NCBI GenBank assembly: GCA_050942955.1
Contig: JBMNOG010000008.1
Location: 1 to 59,842, forward strand
Direction of reading: 5' to 3'
Source of the DNA: Patescibacteria group bacterium
GTDB lineage: Bacteria; Patescibacteriota; Microgenomatia; UBA1400; UBA1449
DNA length: 59,842 bases
Part shown: piece by piece, positions 46,950-57,448 of the stretch
Position numbering within the stretch: position 1 is the first letter of the stretch
Layout of the letters: every line of letters begins with the position of its first letter
Translations under genes and position numbers: made by a program
Notes under the pieces: generated by a model
Seen by the model: only the letters and a program-made list of their open reading frames with translations
Databases searched by the model: none
What the model was told of the DNA's origin: nothing

Positions 46950-47954
46950 CTAGTACTGCTGGTAAAGGTTCTTTGGTTGCAGGATGACTCTAAGCAGAGA
47001 AGAAAATGAAAGAGAGCCGTTAGTTTCGCCAAAGAGATCAGTGAAAAGCGAGCTGAACTTATACTCAACCACTTGAAAACGTTCCAGGTTTGCCAGTAGT
47101 TTTGCCTGATAAAGGGCTTCATCTTGATTACCAAGGCTATCAACCAGTTGAAGATCTTTTGCTTGTCTCCCTGAATAAATTTGTCCGTTGGCAATGTTTC
47201 TAATGTTTTCTTCCGGAAGGTTTCTGCCGGAAGCTACACGGGAAATAAACAGGTTGTAAGTATTTTCGTTAAGAGTTTCAATAATCTCATTTTCTTCTTC
47301 AGTGATAGGCCGGGATTCATTTAAGATATCTTTATACTCCCCCTTTTTAAATGTAGTCTTGCTAACTCCCAGTTTTTCATAGAGCTTCTCAAGATTGTAG
47401 GTTTCCATGATAACTCCAATAGAACCGGTAAGAGTGGCGGGGTTAGCAACAATGTGGTTAGCGGCTGAGGCAATATAGTAACCGCCCGAAGTTGTCATAT
47501 CTCCCATAAGGAAAACAACAGGAATACCTGTCTCTCTCTTAAAATTAGTGATCATCTCGAAGATACGATCAGAAGCTACCGGGGAGCCTCCGGGTGAGTT
47601 GATATCAATTATTAGAGCTTTAACTAAAGGATCTCTTTTTATCTGGGCGAAAATCCGCTGGAACTTATCGGGTGAGATAATTGTGTTAGTAGTTCCAAGA
47701 ACAGTCTGATTGCTGTCTGAAAGAATGAGGCCTGAGAGTTGAGCTATAACGATTTTATCCTGGCCGCCTTCGTTTCTTATAACCCTTTCTTTAATGTAGT
47801 TCTCGTTGCCATCTCCGTTAAAGACAAAGCCGCTTACAAGAGAAAGAATGGTGAGTAGTATTGTGATTACGATCGTGTAAAGAAGCAGAGTTCTAATAAT
47901 GGAAATTACCTTGCGGAAAACCTCTCTGAAAAATGTAAGAACTGCCTTAACCAT
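46950..47954 (-). CDS. sppA: Signal peptide peptidase SppA (S49)
   Basis: INSPGGS, SGGYYIAS, TGSIGV, GEYKD. Confidence 0.93.
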   Translation of the reverse strand: MVKAVLTFFREVFRKVISIIRTLLLYTIVITILLTILSLVSGFVFNGDGNENYIKERVIRNEGGQDKIVIAQLSGLILSDSNQTVLGTTNTIISPDKFQRIFAQIKRDPLVKALIIDINSPGGSPVASDRIFEMITNFKRETGIPVVFLMGDMTTSGGYYIASAANHIVANPATLTGSIGVIMETYNLEKLYEKLGVSKTTFKKGEYKDILNESRPITEEENEIIETLNENTYNLFISRVASGRNLPEENIRNIANGQIYSGRQAKDLQLVDSLGNQDEALYQAKLLANLERFQVVEYKFSSLFTDLFGETNGSLSFSSLLRVILQPKNLYQQY

Positions 47955-48007
47955 AGTAAGAGAATGATATCATAAAACTTACTTGGTCTAACCTGGAAGT
48001 TTGAATT

Positions 48008-49750
48008 ATGAGAATAACTAAGCTGGTATTAGCAGCAGTAAGCGTCATATTTATTAGTAGTATTTGCTACTTTGGTCTATTGGGAGCTAACTTCGTGAAT
48101 TTAGTTCAGGGATTAAAAGACAGAGATTTGAGAAAAACTATTCAAGCCTCTAAAAATATTACCTTTTTAACCCAGTGGCAGGACATGTTGTACTCTGATT
48201 CATCAGGTTTTTGTAGGGTGTTACTTCCAGTAAGAGCTTTAAGACAGGGCTCACTCCTTGTACTAGAGGCTTCAAATTTGTCTCAAAAAGGGTTGGCCAC
48301 ATTTCAGGGTTTACTGAAAAATGATTCAGAACGGTTTTCAACTAATTGGAGTGAAGTTAGCAGTAAATTGCCTGTTTTACTTACGCATGCTCAAGAGTTA
48401 CAAACCACTCTTTCTTCAGACTCAATTGGAAAACTGGCAAAGCTTGCCGGTAAAGAACAAGATTTGACTAAGATTAACAATGTCCTAAACAAGTTAACTC
48501 AAAATCATGATCTGCTTACTGCTCTAGCAACTATCTTTCCTCAAGTAGTTGGAGTTAACGGTAGTACACACTACACTATTCTTCTTCAGAACAATATGGA
48601 GATACGGCCGACCGGTGGTTTTATGGGTTCTTATGCTCAGATTTTTTTTGAGAAAGGTGGGCTAAAAAACTATCTGGTGGAGGACATTTATGTTCCTGAT
48701 GGTGCCATTATAGGGCATGTTAATCCGCCGCCGCCTATCCAACAGGCATTCAAACAAGGGTGGTGGAGATTGAGAGACAGTAACTGGGATCCGGATTTTC
48801 CTAAGGCGGTAGAGACAATAAGCTGGTTTTTTGAAAAAGGAGGAGTGGATGTGGGTGATGGAGTTATTGCCATTAATCTAGCTGTGGTTGAAGATATGCT
48901 AGCTATACTGGGAGAAATTAATCTTCCTGATTATGGTCAGGAAGTTTCAAAAGAAAACCTATATGCTATAGCTCAGTATGAAGCAGAGCGCGACTTTTTC
49001 CCTGGATCTACCCAAAAAAGAAACTTTCTTAACTCTCTAGCTAACTATCTACTGCTGCATGTTGAAGAACTTAGCTTGGATCAATTGACACAATTGCTGG
49101 GGGTACTGGGTAAACATCTGGAAAATAAGGGAATTCAGTTTTATTTTGAAGACCAAACTGTTCAGGAGATTATTACCAACCATGGTTGGTCAGGGAGAAT
49201 TGTACCTGCTATTGCTGAGGCTATAACCAAAGATTACCTGTATCTAGTAGAGTCAAACCTTAGCTCCAACAAAGCTAATTGCTGTGTTGCTAGAGAGGTA
49301 TATCAGAAGGTTGTGACCGGACCCGAGGCTTTTAGAGTTGAAACAGAGATCATGTTTACTAACCAAAGTCCTGTAGAGAGGGCAAGGCCGCCAAAATTCT
49401 GGGGCGGTGACTACCGTAACTATCTTAGGATTTTGCTTCCTAAGACGGCTCAGCTTAAAAGTTTGACTATCAATGATAGAGAGCTTGGGAACAAAGAAGT
49501 TGAGGTAAAACTAAGGGAATCTTCCCAGCTCAAAGAGTATGGTTTTTTTGTTGAAGTTCCTCATTTACAGGAAGTAAACGTAAAATTTGCTTACGTACTT
49601 CCCGGAACAACTGATGAAGGGTATCAAATATATATACAGAAACAGTCCGGACTCGCTCCATACTGGTATACCTTGGACTACAATACTAATGGGAATATTC
49701 AGCAAACTAAAAGATTAATAGATAGGGATCAGATATTTGAATTTAAGTAG
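48008..49750 (+). CDS. DUF4012 domain membrane-anchored protein
   Basis: LLQNNMEIRPTGGFMGS, LRDSNWDPDFP, DGVIAI. Confidence 0.88.
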   Translation: MRITKLVLAAVSVIFISSICYFGLLGANFVNLVQGLKDRDLRKTIQASKNITFLTQWQDMLYSDSSGFCRVLLPVRALRQGSLLVLEASNLSQKGLATFQGLLKNDSERFSTNWSEVSSKLPVLLTHAQELQTTLSSDSIGKLAKLAGKEQDLTKINNVLNKLTQNHDLLTALATIFPQVVGVNGSTHYTILLQNNMEIRPTGGFMGSYAQIFFEKGGLKNYLVEDIYVPDGAIIGHVNPPPPIQQAFKQGWWRLRDSNWDPDFPKAVETISWFFEKGGVDVGDGVIAINLAVVEDMLAILGEINLPDYGQEVSKENLYAIAQYEAERDFFPGSTQKRNFLNSLANYLLLHVEELSLDQLTQLLGVLGKHLENKGIQFYFEDQTVQEIITNHGWSGRIVPAIAEAITKDYLYLVESNLSSNKANCCVAREVYQKVVTGPEAFRVETEIMFTNQSPVERARPPKFWGGDYRNYLRILLPKTAQLKSLTINDRELGNKEVEVKLRESSQLKEYGFFVEVPHLQEVNVKFAYVLPGTTDEGYQIYIQKQSGLAPYWYTLDYNTNGNIQQTKRLIDRDQIFEFK

Positions 49751-49759
49751 TTACTCTCT

Positions 49760-50866
49760 ATGGTAAAAGTTCTCATAATAGTCTTATTTGCCTCAATCTT
49801 TTTAAGTAAACCGGTTACTGCCCAACACATGTCTGTTAGTGTTGATGAAAATCCGGTAAATACGCACGAGGGAATTATGGTAGATATGGGAAAGGATATT
49901 AATCTTATTGGGAAAAAAGTGACCGACGATACACTTCTAGTTGCCTCGAAAGTGAGAACGCAAAATGAAGTAAAAGGCGACCTTATTATAATTGGGGACA
50001 GAGTTGTTGTTGATAGTCTGGTGCATCAGGATTTAAGGGTAGTAGGAAGAGTAATTGAAATTAACGGAGAGATTCTAGGCAACGTAAGTCTTGTTGGTGG
50101 TGAAGTTAAACTGGGTAAAAGGTCCTTACTTCATAAAAACGTCACGCTTGCAGCTAGCACTCTTTATGTCGAAGGTAAGGTAGAGGGTTTAGTTACGGGT
50201 GTAACTGGAACTGCCTTACTTAACGCTACAGTTGCTTCTCCTTGGAAGATTTGGAGTAATGAACTTGCGTTAGGTGAGGGCTTTAGCAGTGAGAGCACTC
50301 TAACATATCACTCACCTCATTCTGCAAAAATTGAGAAGGCACTTGCCTCTGTTGGTGTTGTACATGTTCAGGAGGGTATTGAAAGCCTTCCCTTTGTAGT
50401 TTCTTTAAAAAGGGTGCTGGCAAAAGCCTATTTTTGTTACTGTCTTGTTAGTTTTGGAATCGGCCTTTTTATTTTACATTTATCTCCAAAACTATTTGAG
50501 GAGCTGGTTGAGTTTAAAAAAGGCGTTCAGATTGTACTAAGAGGGCTGCTGATAACATTAGGTATTCTTGGGATGATGGTTTTATCTTTTACTACCATTG
50601 TCGGTATACCTTTAGGGTTTATACTGCTTTCAGTTCTGTTTTTTGCTCTATTTCTAGGGCAAATTGTTGGCACTTATTTTTTAGGTAGAAAAATTGGCGG
50701 CAGTAGACACTCGGCAATAATCTTACTGTGGGGGTATCTGCCGTGCCTCTTGTATATCTGGTCGCTGACTGCAGTTGCAGTGTATCATATAGGTTTAACA
50801 GTGCTTACTGTGGGTTTAGTATGGACAAGTATCCAAGAAAAGAGGTTTACCTTTTTGAAAGAGTGA
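49760..50866 (+). CDS. Membrane protein with a beta-helix (bactofilin-like) N-terminal region and about four C-terminal TMs
   Basis: Repeats VKGDL, VHQDL, ILGNV, VEG; TIVGIPLG. Confidence 0.65.
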   Translation: MVKVLIIVLFASIFLSKPVTAQHMSVSVDENPVNTHEGIMVDMGKDINLIGKKVTDDTLLVASKVRTQNEVKGDLIIIGDRVVVDSLVHQDLRVVGRVIEINGEILGNVSLVGGEVKLGKRSLLHKNVTLAASTLYVEGKVEGLVTGVTGTALLNATVASPWKIWSNELALGEGFSSESTLTYHSPHSAKIEKALASVGVVHVQEGIESLPFVVSLKRVLAKAYFCYCLVSFGIGLFILHLSPKLFEELVEFKKGVQIVLRGLLITLGILGMMVLSFTTIVGIPLGFILLSVLFFALFLGQIVGTYFLGRKIGGSRHSAIILLWGYLPCLLYIWSLTAVAVYHIGLTVLTVGLVWTSIQEKRFTFLKE

Positions 50867-50906
50867 GTTACTTTATAGTAGTAGCTGCTTGCGACTAACA
50901 AGAACT

Positions 50907-52121
50907 ATGAAACACAAATACATTACAAAGCAAAATCTTGGAGTTTTGATCGCTCTTTCTCTGTTTGCTGTAACAGTAGCCATTTTTAACTGGAAAGGGT
51001 ATACGGACACTGCTTCCAAACAAATAAAACTGAATACTGAAAAAGAACCTGCTAAAAGAGAAGATACTGAAGTTTCAGTAAGTGATGTTAATATTTCAGG
51101 TCAGATCATGTTTGTGAAAGATAAGAAATTGTTTGTATTGGATCCTGAGTCCAACGAAGTCACGGAGCTGGTTAGCAAACCGATAGTAGAGCATCCCGGG
51201 GTGCTCGAGGATGGGAGAGTCTATTTCTGGCAGGAAGAAGCAGGGGTCTACTCAAGGCTTTATCTTCAAAAAGGAAAGATATTTGAGAGATTTCATATTC
51301 CTATTGAACCCAAAGACGGCAGTTTAGGGGTAGGCACGCCGCCAATTGTGGCTTCAAGCGGAAAATTTGTAATCTTTGCTTCAGATCGGGAAGCGGTTGA
51401 TAACTACTACCGCCGGGCTCTCTATAAATATGATTTAGAAAAATTAGAACTTTCTAAATTAACCGACAACACTGTTATGACTGTGTATGAAATATTTATC
51501 AGTCCCAGCACTGATTACATAGGCTTTACTTTTCAGAATATTGAGTCAAGCAAGGGTGCCAGTCCGAAAGCTTTGGGAATTGTGGTAACTGAGACAAAAA
51601 CTGTTAACCTTTATCCGAAGATTCAAGTTAACAATGTTTCTATTGCCTTTTCTTCTGACAACAAACTTATCTATCTCACAGCCCAGCAAGGTCCGGCTGT
51701 ATTTGACCTTAGTAAAGGTAAGATAACAGATAGTCTTGATGGTGGGGTTTTGCGTGGCGCAAGCCCGGATGGTGTTTTAGCTATTGAGGAAGAAATTGAC
51801 TCCAGCAACCTTACTTTTATTGAAAGTTGTGGTTTAGAGGACTCTAGGGAATTTATACAAAACAACACTCTTGTTTTTGTCGCATATGAAGATGGAGAAC
51901 TAGGTGAAGTGAGTAGAGTCAAGTCAGATGAATATGCTGCTGTCTTTCCTCTAAACCGCTCTCAGTACTTATTCTCACCAGACAGTTCTGAGGTTTTAAT
52001 AATATATCGAGACAAAGACCACTGCGAACCAGTTACCGGTATTTTGAATCTCACAACCAAATCAATTACTCCTCTTGATGTAATCGGGAATGCACCGGCT
52101 TTTTGGTTGGGTGGAGAGTAA
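50907..52121 (+). CDS. Membrane-anchored TolB-like beta-propeller protein
   Basis: N-terminal TM; SSGKF, ISPSTD, FSSDNK, FSPDSS blade motifs. Confidence 0.65.
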   Translation: MKHKYITKQNLGVLIALSLFAVTVAIFNWKGYTDTASKQIKLNTEKEPAKREDTEVSVSDVNISGQIMFVKDKKLFVLDPESNEVTELVSKPIVEHPGVLEDGRVYFWQEEAGVYSRLYLQKGKIFERFHIPIEPKDGSLGVGTPPIVASSGKFVIFASDREAVDNYYRRALYKYDLEKLELSKLTDNTVMTVYEIFISPSTDYIGFTFQNIESSKGASPKALGIVVTETKTVNLYPKIQVNNVSIAFSSDNKLIYLTAQQGPAVFDLSKGKITDSLDGGVLRGASPDGVLAIEEEIDSSNLTFIESCGLEDSREFIQNNTLVFVAYEDGELGEVSRVKSDEYAAVFPLNRSQYLFSPDSSEVLIIYRDKDHCEPVTGILNLTTKSITPLDVIGNAPAFWLGGE

Positions 52122-52180
52122 GTATTCAGGTGTAAGACTACAACAATGACAGGATAGCCTTTAGGTGCTAAGCTTAGATA

Positions 52181-52639
52181 ATGATAAAAATACTGTTGTT
52201 TCTTCTTAAAAAGGGCTTAATCATTTTTATAATTTTTCTGGTTTTAGGCAGATTTTTCTTTCCTAAGATTGTGGAAAATGGTGTTATCTCTCCAGCCAAA
52301 GAATTGCCTCTAGTGGGTCAAGTTTTAGGAACTACGTGGGAGAGGGCCGGAACAATCCCTCCGGTTATTACCCAAAAGACTGTGGAGTTCTCAGATAAAG
52401 TAGAACATGTCAATTTACCTCTTAACGAGACGATTGAAAATATTACCAAAAGCGAGAAACCGGGTGAGACCATCTCTGATATCATTGAAAAAAGTATTGA
52501 TGAAAAGGTTAATTCTGTTAAAGATTTACCTGAGCATGCCGTAGAAAAATTAAAAAGCGAGCTTAGAAAAGAAATGTACAGCCAGGTATGTCAGAATTGG
52601 GAAGAGTTAGAGAGTACTAGTAGTGCTGAAACAAACTAG
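52181..52639 (+). CDS. Hypothetical membrane-anchored protein
   Basis: N-terminal TM, VLG motif, helical C-terminus. Confidence 0.65.
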   Translation: MIKILLFLLKKGLIIFIIFLVLGRFFFPKIVENGVISPAKELPLVGQVLGTTWERAGTIPPVITQKTVEFSDKVEHVNLPLNETIENITKSEKPGETISDIIEKSIDEKVNSVKDLPEHAVEKLKSELRKEMYSQVCQNWEELESTSSAETN

Positions 52640-52724
52640 TTATTCTTTCCTAAAATATTGTTTTTACAACCTAAATTATTTAGGTCCCAGGCCTGATTTT
52701 TGGATTTTTTGTTACAATAGGTGT

Positions 52725-53810
52725 ATGCAAGAAATAAAAGAAAAATTTGACCAGTTGAATAACAAGGTTGTCGCTCTTTCAGAAAAGCTTAACATCAATG
52801 AGAAAAAAGCGGAAATTGCCGGGCTTGAAAATGAAGCTGCCCAACCCGAATTTTGGAATAATCCTCAAGCAGCTCAGGATAAAATGCAGAGACTGAGCCA
52901 GCTTAAAGAAGATATTGAGGCAGTGGAAAGACTTAAAAAGATTAGTGAGGAAAGTCGCCAGACCTTGGAGCTTTTTAACGGCAATTTATCCAATGAAGAA
53001 GTAGCCGTACTTGAAAAGGATTATGAAACTGCCAGTAGCCTTCTGGCTAAACTCGAACTACAAACATACCTTTCCTCTCCGTACGATAACAAGAACGCCA
53101 TTTTCTCAATTCACGCGGGACAGGGGGGAACAGAAGCCTGCGACTGGGCTTCTATGCTACAGCGTATGTACCTTAAATACTTTGAGAATAAAGGTTGGAA
53201 AACCACTTTAGTTGACGAAAGACCCGGAGATGAGGCTGGCATTAAAAGTGTAACCTATTTGGTGCAAGGCCGGTTTGCTTTTGGTTACCTTAAAGGCGAG
53301 AAGGGAACTCACAGACTTGTCCGTCTGTCACCGTTTAACGCTGACAATCTGCGTCAGACTTCTTTTGCAGGAGTCGAGGTTTTACCTTTACTGGATGAGT
53401 CAACAGAATTGAATATTAAGGATGAGGATATCGAATTTGAGGCTTTCCGTTCAGGTGGTCATGGCGGCCAGAATGTTAACAAAGTTTCAACAGCTGTACG
53501 CCTAAAACACATTCCAACAGGAATTACTGTGGAATGCCAGGCTGAGAGAACGCAAGTACAAAACCGCAAGATAGCTATGCAGTTGCTTCAAGCTAAACTT
53601 TGGGAAATTGAAGAGGCTAAACGAAAAGAAAAGCTGGCAGATATTAAAGGAGATCATAAAGTTCATGGCTGGGGTAATCAGATTAGGTCGTATGTGCTCC
53701 ATCCTTATCAAATGGTTAAAGACCTTCGTACGGATGTGGAAACCTCAGACACTGAAGGTGTTTTAAACGGCGATTTGGAGAAGTTTGTACAGGCGGAAAT
53801 CAGACTTTAA
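52725..53810 (+). CDS. prfB: Peptide chain release factor 2 (no frameshift)
   Basis: [11 protein letters not shown] motif, [15 protein letters not shown]; ATG at 52725. Confidence 0.96.
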   Translation: MQEIKEKFDQLNNKVVALSEKLNINEKKAEIAGLENEAAQPEFWNNPQAAQDKMQRLSQLKEDIEAVERLKKISEESRQTLELFNGNLSNEEVAVLEKDYETASSLLAKLELQTYLSSPYDNKNAIFSIHAGQGGTEACDWASMLQRMYLKYFENKGWKTTLVDERPGDEAGIKSVTYLVQGRFAFGYLKGEKGTHRLVRLSPFNADNLRQTSFAGVEVLPLLDESTELNIKDEDIEFEAFRSGGHGGQNVNKVSTAVRLKHIPTGITVECQAERTQVQNRKIAMQLLQAKLWEIEEAKRKEKLADIKGDHKVHGWGNQIRSYVLHPYQMVKDLRTDVETSDTEGVLNGDLEKFVQAEIRL

Positions 53811-53895
53811 TCTCTGTAAGTGGTGTCTTTCTACGCTTGTGTTTGCTACTGTGTCAATGATATAGTGAACGCATTCGCATTATATAGTTGCTTTC

Positions 53896-54483
53896 ATGTA
53901 TATGGTACAAGCACAACCTGCTCCTAGTAATTCCGTTGATACTAATACAACCCCCAGTCCGTCTCCGGTAAATTCCGATCAGGTTGTAATCGAACCTAAA
54001 GTTCAGAAATCTTCAATTCTAAAACCGGTTACAGATGACCCAGTTACAGAAACTAATGAAAGAGGTAAACCTATGAATAAACTAGTAATTGTAGGACTTT
54101 TTTTAGTAGTACTTCTCGGAATTGGCAGTGGTTATTTTCTATCAGTAACGATGGCAGGTACTTCCGGTGGTCTTGGATATGAACCAGGGCTTAAGAGAGA
54201 GGTTTCAAAAGAAGAGATTACTGTTGGGACCAAAGTTGGCGTTAGAGATGAAAGTACATTTAAAGACAGCGGCGAAGGTATGCTGCAAAAGGGTGGCATA
54301 GATGGAGAGGGATCTCACCACCTGGTGAGGCCAGGCGGAGATTCTCAGACAATTTACATTACCTCGTCTGTTATTGATTTAGACCAGTTTATTGGTAGAA
54401 AAGTAAAAGTTTGGGGTGAGACTATTGGTGCTCAGAAAGCTGGCTGGCTTATGGATGTGGGCAAACTGGAAGTCCTGGAGTAA
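53896..54483 (+). CDS. Hypothetical membrane protein
   Basis: P/S/T-rich N-terminus, one TM, beta-rich C-domain (GEGSHHL...KVKVWG). Confidence 0.7.
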   Translation: MYMVQAQPAPSNSVDTNTTPSPSPVNSDQVVIEPKVQKSSILKPVTDDPVTETNERGKPMNKLVIVGLFLVVLLGIGSGYFLSVTMAGTSGGLGYEPGLKREVSKEEITVGTKVGVRDESTFKDSGEGMLQKGGIDGEGSHHLVRPGGDSQTIYITSSVIDLDQFIGRKVKVWGETIGAQKAGWLMDVGKLEVLE

Positions 54484-54584
54484 ATTGCCTTCGAAGTTCA
54501 GAGCCAGATCTGAACATATTTACATTACTTGGTGCATAGTGGAAAATAAAATAATAACTGAATATACTAAAAGTAGCCTTCTGT

Positions 54585-55286
54585 ATGTCTCAGATAGTAT
54601 TTGACAACGTTACCTACACTTTTCCTAACGGAACCAAAGCAGTTGATAGAGTTTCTTTCGTAGTTGACGAAGGAGAATTTATTTTTTTGGTTGGTCCTTC
54701 TGGGTCTGGGAAAACTACACTGCTCCGTTTGTTGCTTAGGGAAATTTTACCCACTCAGGGAAAAATATTGCTCGATGGGGAAGAGGTAAGTAAGAAAAAG
54801 GGAGTATCAACAGAAAAAGCCAGGCGCAAAATCGGAGCTTCTTTTCAGGACTCAAAATTACTGCTAGACAGAACAATTGAAGAAAACATTGCGTTATCCA
54901 TGGAAATTGTAGGAAAGAAAAGCAGCGAGATAAAAGAATCCGTCCAGGCTGTACTGGATTTGGTTGGTTTGTCTGATAAAGCTGAGATGTTTCCGGCTCA
55001 GCTATCCGGTGGCGAGATTCAAAGGGCAGGGATTGCAAGGGCAGTTGTAGGTGATCCCATTATCATTTTTGCTGATGAACCAACAGCTAACCTTGATGAA
55101 GAGGCTATGTGGAAAATTATTTCACTAGTTAAAGAAATCAACCGCAGTGGTAAAACTACTATTGTTGCTACTCATAACGCTGAAGTAGTAGCCTCCATGG
55201 GAGAAAGAGTTTTACGTTTAGAAAAAGGGAAGCTGGTGGAGGATACTAAAACAAAGAAAGAAAAAAAAGAAACAAAAAAGAAATAG
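54585..55286 (+). CDS. ftsE: Cell division ATP-binding protein FtsE
   Basis: GPSGSGKTT, FQDSKLL, LSGGE, ADEPTANLD; upstream of ftsX. Confidence 0.9.
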   Translation: MSQIVFDNVTYTFPNGTKAVDRVSFVVDEGEFIFLVGPSGSGKTTLLRLLLREILPTQGKILLDGEEVSKKKGVSTEKARRKIGASFQDSKLLLDRTIEENIALSMEIVGKKSSEIKESVQAVLDLVGLSDKAEMFPAQLSGGEIQRAGIARAVVGDPIIIFADEPTANLDEEAMWKIISLVKEINRSGKTTIVATHNAEVVASMGERVLRLEKGKLVEDTKTKKEKKETKKK

Positions 55287-55289
55287 CCT

Positions 55290-56168
55290 ATGTCAAAAAC
55301 AATTAGAACTACACTTCATCAAATCAGGCGTACTCCATACCAGGCTTTAGTGGCTACTATTATTCTCAGTTTATCTTTTTTTGCGGTAGCTGTTTTTTCT
55401 CTTATCTCGGCCGGGTCACATCAGGTTCTGAAATATTTTGAGGCTGCTCCTCAAGTAATCGCCTTCTTTGAAAAAGGAAAAGACCTTTCAGATGAGGATA
55501 TATCACGTATCCGCAATCGCCTTGAAGCTACAGGCAAGCTGTCTTCTTTTGAGTATGTTTCTACCAGGCAAGCTGAGCAGATATATAAAGAGAAAAATAA
55601 AAACGACCCTCTCCTTAATGAACTCGTTGACTATAAAATCCTACCGCCTTCAATTGAAATTTCAGCTGTTGAGATTTCGGCTCTAGGAGAATTAAAAGAT
55701 ATTTTGGCTGCGGAACCTTTGGTTACAGATATTGCTTTTTATGAAGATATTGTCGGCCAACTTTCTGTTTGGATCCAGAATATCCGCTATTTAGGGTTAG
55801 GGATGGTAGGCTTTTTACTACTCCTTTCAGTATTGCTGTTAGTGGTTATTATCAGTATGAAAGTGAAAAACAAGCGCCGTGAAATTGAAATTATGCGTCT
55901 GCTCGGAGCCTCAAAATGGTATATTCATGGGCCATTTCTCCTGGAGGGGATGATTTATGGCTCATTTGGTGCCTTTTTCGGTTGGCTGGGGGCTTTTACT
56001 GTTCTTCAGTACAGCACCCCAATGATAGTTGATTGGCTCCAGGAAATTATCACCTTCCCAATTGATATGGTATTTTTATTGGTTCTTCTCGTTGGTATGG
56101 TTTTAGGCGGAATGGTGATTGGTGCTTTCAGTAGTTTAGTAGCTGTCAGAAGGTTTTCTCGCGTCTAA
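55290..56168 (+). CDS. ftsX: Cell division permease FtsX
   Basis: RREIEIMRLLGASKWYI.GPFLLEG; four TMs with an extracellular loop. Confidence 0.92.
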   Translation: MSKTIRTTLHQIRRTPYQALVATIILSLSFFAVAVFSLISAGSHQVLKYFEAAPQVIAFFEKGKDLSDEDISRIRNRLEATGKLSSFEYVSTRQAEQIYKEKNKNDPLLNELVDYKILPPSIEISAVEISALGELKDILAAEPLVTDIAFYEDIVGQLSVWIQNIRYLGLGMVGFLLLLSVLLLVVIISMKVKNKRREIEIMRLLGASKWYIHGPFLLEGMIYGSFGAFFGWLGAFTVLQYSTPMIVDWLQEIITFPIDMVFLLVLLVGMVLGGMVIGAFSSLVAVRRFSRV

Positions 56169-56170
56169 CC

Positions 56171-57400
56171 ATGTCAAAACTAGCCCAACTTACTTTTGGA
56201 AGCAGTCTTCTGAGGAATATCCTTCTAGCTGTCTTGTTGTTTTTCTTGGCTAATAATTTTATTTTTACTCCCTTAAACCTACATGCTGAAGAGAGTGATA
56301 ACAATCAATCACCCCAGTACTGGTTAGATAAGATTGCAGAATATGAGAATAAGATTAAAGAAGCCCAAGGTCAGCAGAAAACCCTAGCTTCTACGATTGA
56401 AGTTCTGAATAACCAGATCTATCTGACCGGGGTTAGAATTTCAAAGACTAAAAGTGAGATTGTTAACCTTCAAGCTCAGATTGAGGATTTGTCCACCAAA
56501 ATTACCCAGCTGGATAAATACCTTGATGTTACTTCGAATGTATTAAACGAAAGAATAGAAGAAACATACAAGCGCTCGTTTTTCCCTTCAATACAATTGC
56601 TGTTTGTTTCCCACAATTTCTCAGACTTTTTTACCCGGGTTAAATACTTGCAGACTGCTCAAAAACATGACAAGGAACTGATGTTTTCTATGGAAGAGGC
56701 TAAGCAAAACTTTGATAAACAAAAAATCTTAAAAGAAGAAAAACAGACAGAGTTAGAAGAATTGGAAGCATTTTTAGAAAGTCAAAATGCAGTTTTAGCC
56801 CAACAAAAGGCTGGCAAAGAAGAGTTACTTAGAATTACTAAGAATGATGAGAAGAGATTTCAGGCACTTCTGGCTCAGGCAAAAGCTGAGTATCAAGCTA
56901 TTCAATCTATTCTTGCTGGGAACGGAGATGAAACAGAGATCGGTGGGGTTTCTGAAGGGGAAAAAATTGCCTCAATTATTAGTGGAAAATCTGCTTGTTC
57001 GACGGGGACACATCTTCACTTTGAAGTTGTCCAGAACGGAGCCCATACAAATCCTGCCTCCTGGCTTTTGTCGCAGGATGTTGATTGGGACTTATGTGGT
57101 TGGTACGGTTGTGATGACACATTTGGCTTTACAGGTTCATGGCGATGGCCTGTAAACGGTAGGCCAAGAATTACTCAAGGGTATGGATCGACAGCCTATT
57201 CCCGATCAGGGGCATATGGAGGTGGTCCTCATACAGGAATTGATCTTGTGGCAGATGACTTGTCTATTCTTGCAGTAAGAGAAGGGATTCTTTATAGGGG
57301 TAGTATTCCTTGCGGTGGCGGAACCCTGCGCTATGTTAAGGTTGAACACAAAGATACTGATATAGCTACCTATTACCTTCACGTAAACTATATAAAGTAA
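56171..57400 (+). CDS. Secreted coiled-coil protein with a circularly permuted M23 metallopeptidase domain
   Basis: Signal peptide, PcsB/EnvC-like coiled coil, STGTHLHFEV located before WP..ITQGYG...HTGID...YYLH. Confidence 0.85.
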   Translation: MSKLAQLTFGSSLLRNILLAVLLFFLANNFIFTPLNLHAEESDNNQSPQYWLDKIAEYENKIKEAQGQQKTLASTIEVLNNQIYLTGVRISKTKSEIVNLQAQIEDLSTKITQLDKYLDVTSNVLNERIEETYKRSFFPSIQLLFVSHNFSDFFTRVKYLQTAQKHDKELMFSMEEAKQNFDKQKILKEEKQTELEELEAFLESQNAVLAQQKAGKEELLRITKNDEKRFQALLAQAKAEYQAIQSILAGNGDETEIGGVSEGEKIASIISGKSACSTGTHLHFEVVQNGAHTNPASWLLSQDVDWDLCGWYGCDDTFGFTGSWRWPVNGRPRITQGYGSTAYSRSGAYGGGPHTGIDLVADDLSILAVREGILYRGSIPCGGGTLRYVKVEHKDTDIATYYLHVNYIK

Positions 57401-57448
57401 CAAAATATCTTCTTGATCAGCTCATCTTTTACTTCTACCATGAGAGTA

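Noticed and set aside
52623-52724. N-terminal extension of the prfB ORF (similar ones on lon, dtd, tpiA, nfo, comM)
   Set aside because: Artefact of longest-ORF calling; homology and -10/SD placement favour the downstream ATGs.
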